Below, one piece after another: positions 25,203 through 34,435 of a stretch of DNA of 49,615 nucleotides. The stretch covers positions 1-49,615 of the forward strand of contig CAZVYE010000004.1 in assembly GCA_964630895.1 (NCBI GenBank), read 5' to 3'. The DNA is from an uncultured Gammaproteobacteria bacterium. Lineage in GTDB: Bacteria; Pseudomonadota; Gammaproteobacteria; Xanthomonadales; SZUA-38. Every line of letters begins with the position of its first letter. Position 1 is the first letter of the stretch. A model generated the notes under the pieces. It worked only from the letters and a program-made list of their open reading frames with translations, was not told the origin of the DNA and did not search any database. The translations under genes were made by a program, and so were the position numbers.

Positions 25203-26343
25203 CAGTTCGCCGAAAGTCGCATTTGTCCTGGACAGTGTGCTCTTGTTTGGCCGGGAATTGGCAATCATAGATTTGGCAGCCACTTTGCAGGGGCGAGGAT
25301 TTGATATCACCTTTTTGGTTCCGAAAACATATTCCGGTGCTCGGGTGGTGCCAAAACTCAGAAAACTTGGACTTAATTTTCGGGAATTGAACTTCCACGA
25401 CCAGCTACGTAGCAGCGATAACTGGCAGACAAGGATCAAGGCAGCCTGGAATATTTTGCGGTCTTCGATGCAATTAGCAATTGTGCAACGCCGAGAGCAA
25501 TTTGATTTGGTACTTATGGGCACAATCCACGAGGTCATAAATTTCATGCCCTTTTTGGCAATCAGTGGATTGCCAGTTGTCTACCGACTAGGTGATGTAG
25601 AAGACTTTGGGAAGCACCACAAGGTAAAGCAGCTTGCGTGGCGTTGGTTAGCTGGGCGCGCAAGCACTGTAGTTTGTATCAGTCGATTTGTGTGTACCCA
25701 GCTGACTGACAGATTTCCCGACGCGAGAACCAAGATCATCATCAATCGGCCAGTTTCAGTAGATCATGATGGTTTCAAAAGAAGCCGCCGTCCCGAGTCC
25801 GAATTGGTTATTGGCTATATCGGTCGCCTAAGTGAGGCAAAAGGTCTCCGCTTACTTGTTGAAGCTTGTGAGCAGCTCCAATCGCGTGACATGCATTTCA
25901 AGCTGAGGTTAGCAGGATCAGCGCTCCCCCAGGATAAGGACTTTGAATCATGGCTTTTGGCAAAGGTAGAAAGCCATGATTGGATTCAGCTGATTGGACA
26001 CCAGGATCAGCCCATGAAATTTTATGCAGGCATAGATCTGCATGTTAGTCCGTCTTATTTGGAAGCTCTGGGAAACACGATCATTGAAGCCAAGTCAGCC
26101 GGTGTGCCGTCGGTAGTAACTCCTGTAGGTGGGCAAACAGAATTAATAAGTTCTGGCCATAACGGAGAGATCGCTACAGGTATGATGCCTAAAGACTTAG
26201 CGGATGCGCTTGCTGGTTACATCGTTTCTCCAGGCTTGTGTATTGAGCACGGCGAAGCAGCAAGAAGTTCACTAGACCAGCTTGGAATTATGGAATTTGC
26301 GGACAAATGGGCCGCTGTGATGGTGCAGGCAGGGCGTGCTTAA
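25180..26343 (+). CDS. Glycosyltransferase family 4
   Basis: KVAFVLDSVLLFGRELAIIDLAATLQGRGFDITFLVP and HVSPSYLEALGNTIIEAKSAGVPSVVTPVGG are present. The start is ATG 25180 or GTG 25195; the track's 25129 overlaps the upstream gene. Confidence 0.75.
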   Translation: MRFLAVHDSSPKVAFVLDSVLLFGRELAIIDLAATLQGRGFDITFLVPKTYSGARVVPKLRKLGLNFRELNFHDQLRSSDNWQTRIKAAWNILRSSMQLAIVQRREQFDLVLMGTIHEVINFMPFLAISGLPVVYRLGDVEDFGKHHKVKQLAWRWLAGRASTVVCISRFVCTQLTDRFPDARTKIIINRPVSVDHDGFKRSRRPESELVIGYIGRLSEAKGLRLLVEACEQLQSRDMHFKLRLAGSALPQDKDFESWLLAKVESHDWIQLIGHQDQPMKFYAGIDLHVSPSYLEALGNTIIEAKSAGVPSVVTPVGGQTELISSGHNGEIATGMMPKDLADALAGYIVSPGLCIEHGEAARSSLDQLGIMEFADKWAAVMVQAGRA

Positions 26344-27793
26344 GAAAACTGCTGCACCATTCGCCATATTGGCAATAGCCGCTCTGCCACTATTGCATGA
26401 TCCTTGGTTATTCCTTTTAGCCCTAGCAACGATCTGGGTAGGGTTCTCGTTGTTGTGGCACCTCGATGCATCGAGAATGTTAGTGTTTCTGTTCTCCTTT
26501 CAGTGGCTACAAGTAGTTGCAAAGCTACTTCAAGCCTCAATTGCCAATACCTCGGTAGATGCAATTTGGATTGAATCTTCCTATGGCTGGCAACGTCCCG
26601 CTGACGGTAGTACCAGTATTGCAATTGCACTTAGTTTGATTGCGCTTTGTGCATTGGCAGTTGGTATTCGCCTTGGCGCCGGGAGCTATAGAATTCGGTA
26701 TTCCGCAACGGAATTTTTGTCCCTGCCGCAAGAGCGGGTCGTAAAGTACGCATTGATCTCCTATCTTGCTTTTGCGATTGCTGCAGTACTCACAGACTTT
26801 GTGCCTGGCGGCTTACGCCAATATGTTGGTAAATTTCTGCAATTTAAGTATTTAGCACTATTTATTTTTGTTGGTTTCGCTTTTGCAAAACGCCGGTTCA
26901 GACTAGTAGTCGTTGGGATATTGGCGGTAGAAATATTACTGGGTTTCACGCGTTACTTTGCCGCTTGGAAAATTAGCTTATACATCGTTATCTTAGCGAT
27001 ACTTTATACCACTCCCCAGTTAACAACCCGCCAAATTTTCCGGCTTGCTGCCGTGGGTGGTGTCGTTATGGCAGCAGCGTTGGTGTGGACCGCAATCAAG
27101 CCTGAACAACGCGCCTTTCTAAACGAAGGGTCAGGGCAGCAAGTTGTTGTTGTGGGAATATCAGATGGACTCAAGAATTCGATTGACCTTGCTACGGCTC
27201 TGGACGGTAGCGCGTACATTAACGCCTGGCACGACTTGTTAAACCGCATTGCATACGTAGACTTCTTTGCCAACGCCATAAACTACGTGCCAGAAGTGGC
27301 GCCGCATCAGAACGGCAAATTGGTCTCTAAAGCAGTTCTGCACATACTGACCCCTCGCATTCTATTCCCCAATAAACCCAGGCTTGAATCGGACTCGGAG
27401 CTGACAATGCGATACACCGGGCTTAGATTGGCCTCTGAAGAGCATGGAACCTCAATCAGTCTTGGCTACGTCGCAGAGTTATACGTTGATTTTGGCCCAT
27501 TCTGGATGCACGGTTTTGTTTTTCTAATTGGTTTGATAATTGGCCTTGCGTTTCGGGCAGTTGCCTCTTTGAAAGTGCCTCTATATATATCGGCCGGAAC
27601 TGTGGTGGTCCTGCTGTTAAACATTCATATTTTTGAGATTTCACTCGTCAAGCTGCTAGGTTCATTGCTCACGGCTCTAATCGTGCAATATTTCACTATT
27701 CGCTTTCTTTTCGACACAAGAACAGGGCTGATGCCGCTGTCAACTCGGTTGCATTCGACGCAACAATCTGGATCGCAAGGAGCAGCTGGTTGA
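26336..27793 (+). CDS. Polytopic membrane protein, putative Wzy-like polysaccharide polymerase
   Basis: 485 aa with 10 or more hydrophobic segments and one large hydrophilic loop (about residues 255-350). I recognise no family motif; the call rests on context only. Confidence 0.4.
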   Translation: MLKKTAAPFAILAIAALPLLHDPWLFLLALATIWVGFSLLWHLDASRMLVFLFSFQWLQVVAKLLQASIANTSVDAIWIESSYGWQRPADGSTSIAIALSLIALCALAVGIRLGAGSYRIRYSATEFLSLPQERVVKYALISYLAFAIAAVLTDFVPGGLRQYVGKFLQFKYLALFIFVGFAFAKRRFRLVVVGILAVEILLGFTRYFAAWKISLYIVILAILYTTPQLTTRQIFRLAAVGGVVMAAALVWTAIKPEQRAFLNEGSGQQVVVVGISDGLKNSIDLATALDGSAYINAWHDLLNRIAYVDFFANAINYVPEVAPHQNGKLVSKAVLHILTPRILFPNKPRLESDSELTMRYTGLRLASEEHGTSISLGYVAELYVDFGPFWMHGFVFLIGLIIGLAFRAVASLKVPLYISAGTVVVLLLNIHIFEISLVKLLGSLLTALIVQYFTIRFLFDTRTGLMPLSTRLHSTQQSGSQGAAG

Positions 27794-28962
27794 GGCTTGC
27801 CATAATTGCCACTCATCCCATCCAATATCATGTGCCCTGGTTTCAGTATTTGGCTAATCAAGACTGGGTTGAAAGCAAGGTGTTCTATCTTCACCAGCCA
27901 GATCAAAGCGGCGAATTCGATCCGGGGTTCAAACGTCAAGTGAAGTGGGATATTCCACTACTGGAAGGTTACCCCCATTGTTTTGTACCCAATCAGTCCA
28001 GCAAGCCGAGTACGACTGAATTTTTGGGCTTGTATAACCCGGAACTGGAGTCCGCCCTGGATACATTTAACCCAGACGCTTGTCTTTTACTGGGATATTT
28101 CTTTCGGACCTACCTGAGTTTTATCTTCCGAGCGAAGTGGCCAATGATCTTTAGAGGGGATTCTCATAGGCTGGGTTCGCAGTCGTTGAAACAGGTTTTC
28201 AAAGATCAAATCATCTCCAGAATATACCGGCGGTTTGATGCTGTGTTGTGTGTGGGGGAGGCCAATCGAACTCATGTATTGGACTTAGGTGTTGCAGAGT
28301 CACGCGTGTTTCATTCTCCTCCTGCTGTGGACGTAGATCGTTTTTGCTTAACCGAGAGCATGCGTGATGAGGGTCTGGCACTGCGTAAGCAGCTTTCTAT
28401 TAGAGAGGACCAAATCGTTTTTCTATTCGTCGGCAAATTAGAATGGAAGAAGGATCCGGGGTCGTTCGTCAATGCTGTGCGAGAACTCGGCAGCGATGAT
28501 TGTGTGGCTGTTCTGGTTGGTGAGGGTGACTTGAGTGACGACCTCCAACGCTCTGCTGGGAAAAATGAACGTTGGGCGGGTTTTATTAACCAACAAGAAC
28601 TGCCGAAATGGTACGCCGCAGCCGATGCGCTGGTACTGCCGTCTCAGGACAAGACAGAAACCTGGGGCATGGTTGTCAATGAGGCTATGGCCATGCAGTT
28701 ACCCTGCATAGTCAGTGATCTGGTTGGCTGTGGACCAGATTTGGTTAAACCGGGCAAGACCGGTTGGATCTTTCCTGCAGGCGACAAAAATGCACTACGA
28801 GATGTCTTGCGCGGGGCCATGAAAATTGGTCGTGCTGGTCTAGCGGATATGGGTGGCAAAGCGCGGGAGCTCGTGCTTTCTGAGTTTACCTATGCGAACA
28901 CTACGCAGGGATTGCATGACGCATTGAATTTCATTGTCAAAACTGATGATGCAGCAGCATGA
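27790..28962 (+). CDS. Glycosyltransferase family 4
   Basis: LVLPSQDKTETWGMVVNEAMAMQLPCIVSDLVGCGPDLV is the E-x7-E region. It has 4-nt overlaps with both neighbours. Confidence 0.75.
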   Translation: MRLAIIATHPIQYHVPWFQYLANQDWVESKVFYLHQPDQSGEFDPGFKRQVKWDIPLLEGYPHCFVPNQSSKPSTTEFLGLYNPELESALDTFNPDACLLLGYFFRTYLSFIFRAKWPMIFRGDSHRLGSQSLKQVFKDQIISRIYRRFDAVLCVGEANRTHVLDLGVAESRVFHSPPAVDVDRFCLTESMRDEGLALRKQLSIREDQIVFLFVGKLEWKKDPGSFVNAVRELGSDDCVAVLVGEGDLSDDLQRSAGKNERWAGFINQQELPKWYAAADALVLPSQDKTETWGMVVNEAMAMQLPCIVSDLVGCGPDLVKPGKTGWIFPAGDKNALRDVLRGAMKIGRAGLADMGGKARELVLSEFTYANTTQGLHDALNFIVKTDDAAA

Positions 28963-30116
28963 AAATTTTGCAGGTTGTCCCTACGTATTGGCCTGCAGAG
29001 CGGTACGGTGGTCCAATTCATTCGGTCCACGGTCTATCTCGAGCGTTGGTAGAGCAGGGGCATGAGGTTACTGTTGCAACTACCAACGTTGACGGAGCGC
29101 AGCGACTCGAACCGGACAACGGTGCGGCAAAATGTGTTGATGGTGTTGCGGTCCGGTATTTTAAAGTGGGGTTTGGCCAGCGCCTTTATTGGTCACTAGA
29201 CATGCTGAAATTCCTTCATAGGCACACAGGAGAGTTTGATGTTGTGCACTGCCATTCAGTATTTCTGCTGCCCACGAGTTTCGCCCGTTATTTCGCTTCT
29301 CGATTTAAGGTTCCCTGCATTATTTCACCTCGCGGCATGTTAGTGGATTCCCTAATTCGAGCACGCAGTTCATTCATTAAACGTAGCTGGATTCGGTTAT
29401 TCGAAAAGCGAAATCTCGCCATGAGCAGCTTTATCCATGTCACGGCCGAAAAAGAAAGAGAAGAGCTTTCGAATCTGGGGCTGGAATTGGCTAAAACGCG
29501 CATGATTCCAAATGGCGTTCGGCAGCCTGAGAATGTGCCCGAATGCCCGTTGCCTGACGCGTGGAGTGGGTTCCGTATACTGGCCCTTGGACGGTTAAGC
29601 TGGAAAAAGCGATTGGACAAACTGCTGCTGGCACTGCAGGAGTTGCCACAAGCAACTCTACTGGTAGTTGGTCCCGATGATCAGGGACTTGGAAACGAAC
29701 TAAAGGCTCAGGCAAGAAACCTTCAAGTCTCCGAACAACTCATCATCATGGCGGCCGTAAAGGAAGAAAAATGGTACCTGTACCAAAATGCAGATGTCCT
29801 GGCGTTACCGTCAGACTCAGAAAATTTCGCGAATGTTGTTCTAGAGGCCATGATGGTTGGCTGCCCTGTCCTGGTAAGCGAACAGGTAGGTGCCGCGGAC
29901 ATAGTTTCCCAGTTCGACGCAGGGATTGTGTTTGACGGCAGCGTAGAAGCGCTGGTTGATGCATTAAAAAAGCTGACGAAAGATCAAGCAATGGCGAATC
30001 GTATGGGGCAGCAAGGAAGAGTTGCGGCTGCAAGGTTTCAATGGCAGCAATTGGTAGTCGAGTACGAGAATCTTTATCGAGACGCGATGGGGCAAACAGC
30101 AAATGCGATTGTCTGA
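28959..30116 (+). CDS. Glycosyltransferase family 4
   Basis: MKILQVVPTYWPAERYGGPIHSVHGLSRALVEQGHEVTV and LALPSDSENFANVVLEAMMVGCPVLVSE are present. Confidence 0.8.
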   Translation: MKILQVVPTYWPAERYGGPIHSVHGLSRALVEQGHEVTVATTNVDGAQRLEPDNGAAKCVDGVAVRYFKVGFGQRLYWSLDMLKFLHRHTGEFDVVHCHSVFLLPTSFARYFASRFKVPCIISPRGMLVDSLIRARSSFIKRSWIRLFEKRNLAMSSFIHVTAEKEREELSNLGLELAKTRMIPNGVRQPENVPECPLPDAWSGFRILALGRLSWKKRLDKLLLALQELPQATLLVVGPDDQGLGNELKAQARNLQVSEQLIIMAAVKEEKWYLYQNADVLALPSDSENFANVVLEAMMVGCPVLVSEQVGAADIVSQFDAGIVFDGSVEALVDALKKLTKDQAMANRMGQQGRVAAARFQWQQLVVEYENLYRDAMGQTANAIV

Positions 30117-30879
30117 GGTAACGCCACTGATCATTACGTACAACGAAGAAGCAAACATTGGCCGGGTACTGGAACGGCTGCAGTGGGCTCAGAGAGTACT
30201 CATTGTAGATAGCTATTCAAGCGACAGTACTGAGCAAATTGCAAAATCGTTCGAAAACGTTCAATTCATCCAAAATCGTTTTGAGAATTTTGCGCAACAG
30301 TGCAATTTCGGTTTGGGACTAGTCAAAACCAAATGGGTGCTCTCGATCGACGCAGACTATGTTTGTTCTGAAGCGTTGGTAAGAGAAATTTCAGCCCTTG
30401 AGCCGGCCGAAATTCAGGGCTTTCGAACGCGATTTGACTTCCTCATCCTAGCCAAAAAAATACCGGGAACCTTATTGCCGCCAAGAACAGTGCTGTTCAG
30501 AACGGAATCTGGGCACTACGTAATGGACGGGCACGCGCACCAGTTAGTGCTAAAAGGATCTACCTCGGATCTTGATTCGCATATTGCTCATGATGATAGG
30601 AAGCCACTGAGCCGTTGGTGTGAAAGCCAGATTGGATATGCCCGCAAAGAAGCAGAAAAGCTCTTGAGTGCACGTTTTGGCGAGCTCAGCAAGGCGGACA
30701 GGATACGTAGATTGCCATTTGTAGCGCCGCCGATGGTATTCGTCTTTTCTCTGATTCGTTGCAAGGTGTGGCGCGCACCAAGACCGGTTGTTTACTACGC
30801 CCTGCAGAGATTGATTGCGGAATGGATGCTGCAGTTATTTCTTCTTGACCGGCGCATTTTGTTGTCAAAGAGATTGTGA
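30103..30879 (+). CDS. Glycosyltransferase family 2
   Basis: PLIITYNEEANIGRVLERLQWAQRVLIVDSYSSDST and SIDADY (DxD-like) are present. Confidence 0.7.
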   Translation: MRLSEVTPLIITYNEEANIGRVLERLQWAQRVLIVDSYSSDSTEQIAKSFENVQFIQNRFENFAQQCNFGLGLVKTKWVLSIDADYVCSEALVREISALEPAEIQGFRTRFDFLILAKKIPGTLLPPRTVLFRTESGHYVMDGHAHQLVLKGSTSDLDSHIAHDDRKPLSRWCESQIGYARKEAEKLLSARFGELSKADRIRRLPFVAPPMVFVFSLIRCKVWRAPRPVVYYALQRLIAEWMLQLFLLDRRILLSKRL

Positions 30880-30910
30880 TTATTCTATTTAAAAAGCCTG
30901 TGGCTCGACT

Positions 30911-31657
30911 ATGGACATAAAGTCCAAGCTAGCTCGTTTGTTCTTCCCATACGGTTCGATACAAAAGGTGTTGCGCGGTACCGCGAAGGGGCTGAAGTTC
31001 GTGGTAGAACCTGGATTGGGTGTTACCTATGCGCTTGGAACAGAAATCGCGGCACCCAAGTTTTTCCAGGAATTTGTTCGGCCGGACATGCTGGTGTTTG
31101 ACATCGGTGCCAATAAGGGTCAAATGGCGCTGCTATTTTCCAGACTTGTCGGACCTGGGGGGAAGGTTGTAAGTCTGGAACCTGCGCAGATTGAATTCTC
31201 AAGTCTGGTTCGAAATATTGAGCTGAATAATCTCAATAACATTCTGGCACTTGAGGCAGCTGCAGCCAATCAGGCTGGCAGGATGGAGTTTCTATACAGC
31301 AGCGAAGCGCCAACCCAGGGCAAGCTGGCGAGTACTGAGCCAGAGTACCAAGTAGAGGATACAGAGAGTTTTTCTGTTAGTTCCGTCACGCTCGATGCGC
31401 TTGCCGAACAGCATGGGATGCCAGATTTCGTCAAACTGGATATCGAAGGTGGTGCGGCGGTGGCTTTGCAGGGTGCGTCGACGATATTGACGCAGGGTAA
31501 TCCCGTGCTCTACATCGAATTGCATGGTCCGGAGGAGCGAGCGGGTGTGGTCGAGGAGATCTTGGGGCGAAACTATATGGTCTACGATACGCTGGGTAAC
31601 GAACTGACAGACGACCCCGAGCTATGGCCACCAGCGCTAGTTGCACAAAGATCTTAG
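30911..31657 (+). CDS. FkbM-family SAM-dependent methyltransferase
   Basis: VFDIGANKGQMALLFSRLVGPGGKVVSLEP...FVKLDIEGGA are typical FkbM motifs. Confidence 0.8.
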   Translation: MDIKSKLARLFFPYGSIQKVLRGTAKGLKFVVEPGLGVTYALGTEIAAPKFFQEFVRPDMLVFDIGANKGQMALLFSRLVGPGGKVVSLEPAQIEFSSLVRNIELNNLNNILALEAAAANQAGRMEFLYSSEAPTQGKLASTEPEYQVEDTESFSVSSVTLDALAEQHGMPDFVKLDIEGGAAVALQGASTILTQGNPVLYIELHGPEERAGVVEEILGRNYMVYDTLGNELTDDPELWPPALVAQRS

Positions 31658-31701
31658 TCACTGGCCATGGAACAGTGCCTAAAAGTGCATAATTGAGTGC
31701 A

Positions 31702-32253
31702 ATGCAGTTAAAGAAATTTTCCAACAAAGACTTCAGCCGAGGCCGCTCGTCCATTAGCGAACTTATGTGGTTAATTACCCAATGGTTGTTTGTTTCGTCC
31801 TGGCAGCCGTTCAATGGGCTACGCGTGGCTGCTCTTCGGCTTTTCGGTGCGGAAATAGGGCAGGGAGTCATACTCAAGCCGCGGCTGCGGGTGAAGTTTC
31901 CCTGGCGGTTGAAGGTTGCTGACTACGTGTGGCTCGGGGAGTCGGTTTGGATTGATAACCTGGCACCGGTGACTATTGGTTCTAACTCATGTATCTCTCA
32001 GGGCGCGTATCTGTGTACGGGATCGCACGATGCTGCAAGAAGTACTTTCGATCTGATTACCCGTCCCATCGTTATCGAAGACCAGGTATGGGTGTGCGCA
32101 AAGTCCGTTGTGCTTCCAGGGGCGGTATTGCATTCTGGATCATTGCTCACTGCCGCTAGCGTAGCGAAAGGCGAGTTAGCAGCCTGGTCGATGTATTCTG
32201 GCAATCCCGCCGTAAAGATTGGCCGGCGCAGTGAGCAAGAGACAGCAACCTGA
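31702..32253 (+). CDS. WcaF-like hexapeptide-repeat O-acetyltransferase
   Basis: The N-terminal membrane-proximal helix (SELMWLITQWLFVSSW) is followed by left-handed beta-helix repeats (VWIDNLAPVTIGSNSCISQGAYLCTGSHD...VWVCAKSVVLPGAVL). I prefer ATG 31702 over TTG 31693. Confidence 0.8.
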   Translation: MQLKKFSNKDFSRGRSSISELMWLITQWLFVSSWQPFNGLRVAALRLFGAEIGQGVILKPRLRVKFPWRLKVADYVWLGESVWIDNLAPVTIGSNSCISQGAYLCTGSHDAARSTFDLITRPIVIEDQVWVCAKSVVLPGAVLHSGSLLTAASVAKGELAAWSMYSGNPAVKIGRRSEQETAT

Positions 32254-33485
32254 AGATCATCTTCGTTAATCGCTATTTTCATCCGGACCATTCGGCCACA
32301 GCGCAGATCCTTTCTGATCTGGCGTTTGCTCTGGTAGAACGGGGCTATGCAGTCACGGTTGTCACCAGTAAGCAGCGTTATGACGAACCCGGTGCAAATC
32401 TGCCTACGCACGAGACCGTTAACGGAGTTGCAGTGCATCGGGTTGGCGGCACCAGTCTGGGGCGAGTGGGATTGATACGTAGAGGGCTTGGAGCGATAGG
32501 TTTTATACGGGCGGCTCGTAGGAAGATCCGCGAAATCTGTCAGCGCGGTGACGTAGTAGTGATGAAAACAGATCCTCCCATGCTTGGCGCTTTTTTAACC
32601 AGGACAGTGTTGCAGAACAATGGCCGACCGGTGCAGTGGCTGCAGGACGTTTTTCCAGAAGTCGCCGAACAGCTTGGGGTTATTAAGGGGGGGTCCTTGC
32701 TGGCGCGCCAGCTTAAAGCTCGAAGAAATCGTAGTGCCCAACGTTCGGATGCATTGGTTGTGCTCGACCAAAGCATGCGCGAACGTGTGCGGCCATTTGT
32801 TGGCATGGCGCGGCTAAAAACTATTCACAACTGGAGCCACGAGTTGCAGCCTCTGGCGCCGCAGGAATCGGACTTTCGCAGCACATTGGAGCAACCCCAA
32901 AAGTTGGTGATCGGTTACTCAGGAAACTTGGGCAGAGCTCACCCAGTAGAACCGATAGTAGAACTCATAGAGTCCGAGAAAGCCCGAACGCACTGTCATT
33001 TTGTGTTCGTGGGCGGGGGCATTCATGCCGAGGCACTGAAAAAGCTTACAGCGTACCGAGCCTGGAAACACGTCGAGTTTCGACCTTATCAGCCGCGCGA
33101 AAGTCTCAGCGACTCAATGGCTGCCATGGACGTCCATTTGGTTACGCTCGACGCAGCATTGGATGGTTTGATTACACCATCGAAATTTTACGGCGTGCTC
33201 GCCGCCGGGAGACCAACGCTCTTTATTGGAAAATCCGATGGAGCGCTTGCTCAGCTCATAACCAGCGAACAAGTCGGTCTGTGTATAGAAGGCAATGCAA
33301 AGACTAACTGGAATCTGGTCATGGATCGGTTGCTAGACGAAGACCTTCGGCGGGCAATGGGCAATAAGGCACTGCAATTGCATCAATATCGCTTTGCTTT
33401 TCGGAACCGGGTTGATGATTGGGAAACCCTCATAGGTGAGCTCACAAATACCTCAGAACGCATGCCATTGGAGAAGTCTGTATGA
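32250..33485 (+). CDS. Glycosyltransferase family 4 (WcaI-like) with a probable CTG start
   Basis: The track starts at GTG 32433, but the frame is open from 32235. It encodes (L)KIIFVNRYFHPDHSATAQILSDLAFALVERGYAVTVVTSK, a canonical GT4 N-terminus. There is no ATG, GTG or TTG in this stretch. CTG 32250 overlaps the upstream TGA (CTGA). Confidence 0.7.
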   Translation: MKIIFVNRYFHPDHSATAQILSDLAFALVERGYAVTVVTSKQRYDEPGANLPTHETVNGVAVHRVGGTSLGRVGLIRRGLGAIGFIRAARRKIREICQRGDVVVMKTDPPMLGAFLTRTVLQNNGRPVQWLQDVFPEVAEQLGVIKGGSLLARQLKARRNRSAQRSDALVVLDQSMRERVRPFVGMARLKTIHNWSHELQPLAPQESDFRSTLEQPQKLVIGYSGNLGRAHPVEPIVELIESEKARTHCHFVFVGGGIHAEALKKLTAYRAWKHVEFRPYQPRESLSDSMAAMDVHLVTLDAALDGLITPSKFYGVLAAGRPTLFIGKSDGALAQLITSEQVGLCIEGNAKTNWNLVMDRLLDEDLRRAMGNKALQLHQYRFAFRNRVDDWETLIGELTNTSERMPLEKSV

Positions 33486-34435
33486 CAACCAGCGTCTTTG
33501 TGGCCGGAGAGAACGGCATGGTGGGGCGTGCGCTTTGTAGAACGATAGCCGCGCAACCGGAATACACACGTATCAGTGGTTCTCGATCAGTCGTTGATTT
33601 AGCGGATGCAGTGGCGGTAAAAGACTTCCTTCGGTCCAACAGACCCGATCAAGTCATTGTCGCAGCTGCCAAGGTTGGTGGCATTGGCGCAAACAGTCAA
33701 CAGCCGGCGGAGTTTCTCCATGAAAACCTAATCATCGCTGACAATCTTATTCATGGGGCATACGGTGCCGATGTGAAGCGACTGCTTTTTCTAGGCAGCT
33801 CTTGTATTTATCCCCGGGACGCAACCCAACCTCTAACTGAGGATTCGCTGCTGTGCGGGCCACTGGAGCCAACTAATGACGCCTACGCAATCGCTAAGAT
33901 AGCGGGAATTAAGCTATGTGAAGCCTATGATCGACAATATGGCTGCGACTTTCGCGCTGTTATGCCCACCAATCTATTCGGTTCGTTCGATAATTTTGAT
34001 TTGGAAAATGCCCATGTGCTGCCGGCCCTATTGCATCGAATGCACTTGGCAAAAATCCAGGGCGCCGAGTCCGTAAGCGTTTGGGGCAGTGGTAAACCGT
34101 TACGCGAGTTTCTATACGTTGACGATCTAGCGGAGGCCTGCTTGCATGTTCTCGATATGAGCCGAGATCAATGGGAAACAATTACTGCCCCCCATCAGCG
34201 TTTCGTCAACATTGGCTATGGGAAAGACATTAGCATTGGCGAGCTGGCCCAACTGATCAAGTCAGTCGTTGGATTTGAAGGAGAGCTGAAATTTGACGCC
34301 AGCAAGCCAGATGGCACCCCACGCAAGCTATTGGATTCGTCCAAAGTATTGAATTCCGGTTGGGAACCGCGCATTGGTCTTCATGATGGTATAGAGCGCA
34401 CCTACGCCTGGTTTTTGGAACACCATGCTAAGTAA
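33482..34435 (+). CDS. fcl: GDP-L-fucose synthase (GDP-4-keto-6-deoxy-D-mannose 3,5-epimerase/4-reductase)
   Basis: VFVAGENGMVGRAL..., LFLGSSCIYPRDATQPLTEDSLL.GPLEPTNDAYAIAKIAGIKLCEAY and VMPTNLFG are typical Fcl (extended SDR) motifs. Confidence 0.9.
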   Translation: MTTSVFVAGENGMVGRALCRTIAAQPEYTRISGSRSVVDLADAVAVKDFLRSNRPDQVIVAAAKVGGIGANSQQPAEFLHENLIIADNLIHGAYGADVKRLLFLGSSCIYPRDATQPLTEDSLLCGPLEPTNDAYAIAKIAGIKLCEAYDRQYGCDFRAVMPTNLFGSFDNFDLENAHVLPALLHRMHLAKIQGAESVSVWGSGKPLREFLYVDDLAEACLHVLDMSRDQWETITAPHQRFVNIGYGKDISIGELAQLIKSVVGFEGELKFDASKPDGTPRKLLDSSKVLNSGWEPRIGLHDGIERTYAWFLEHHAK

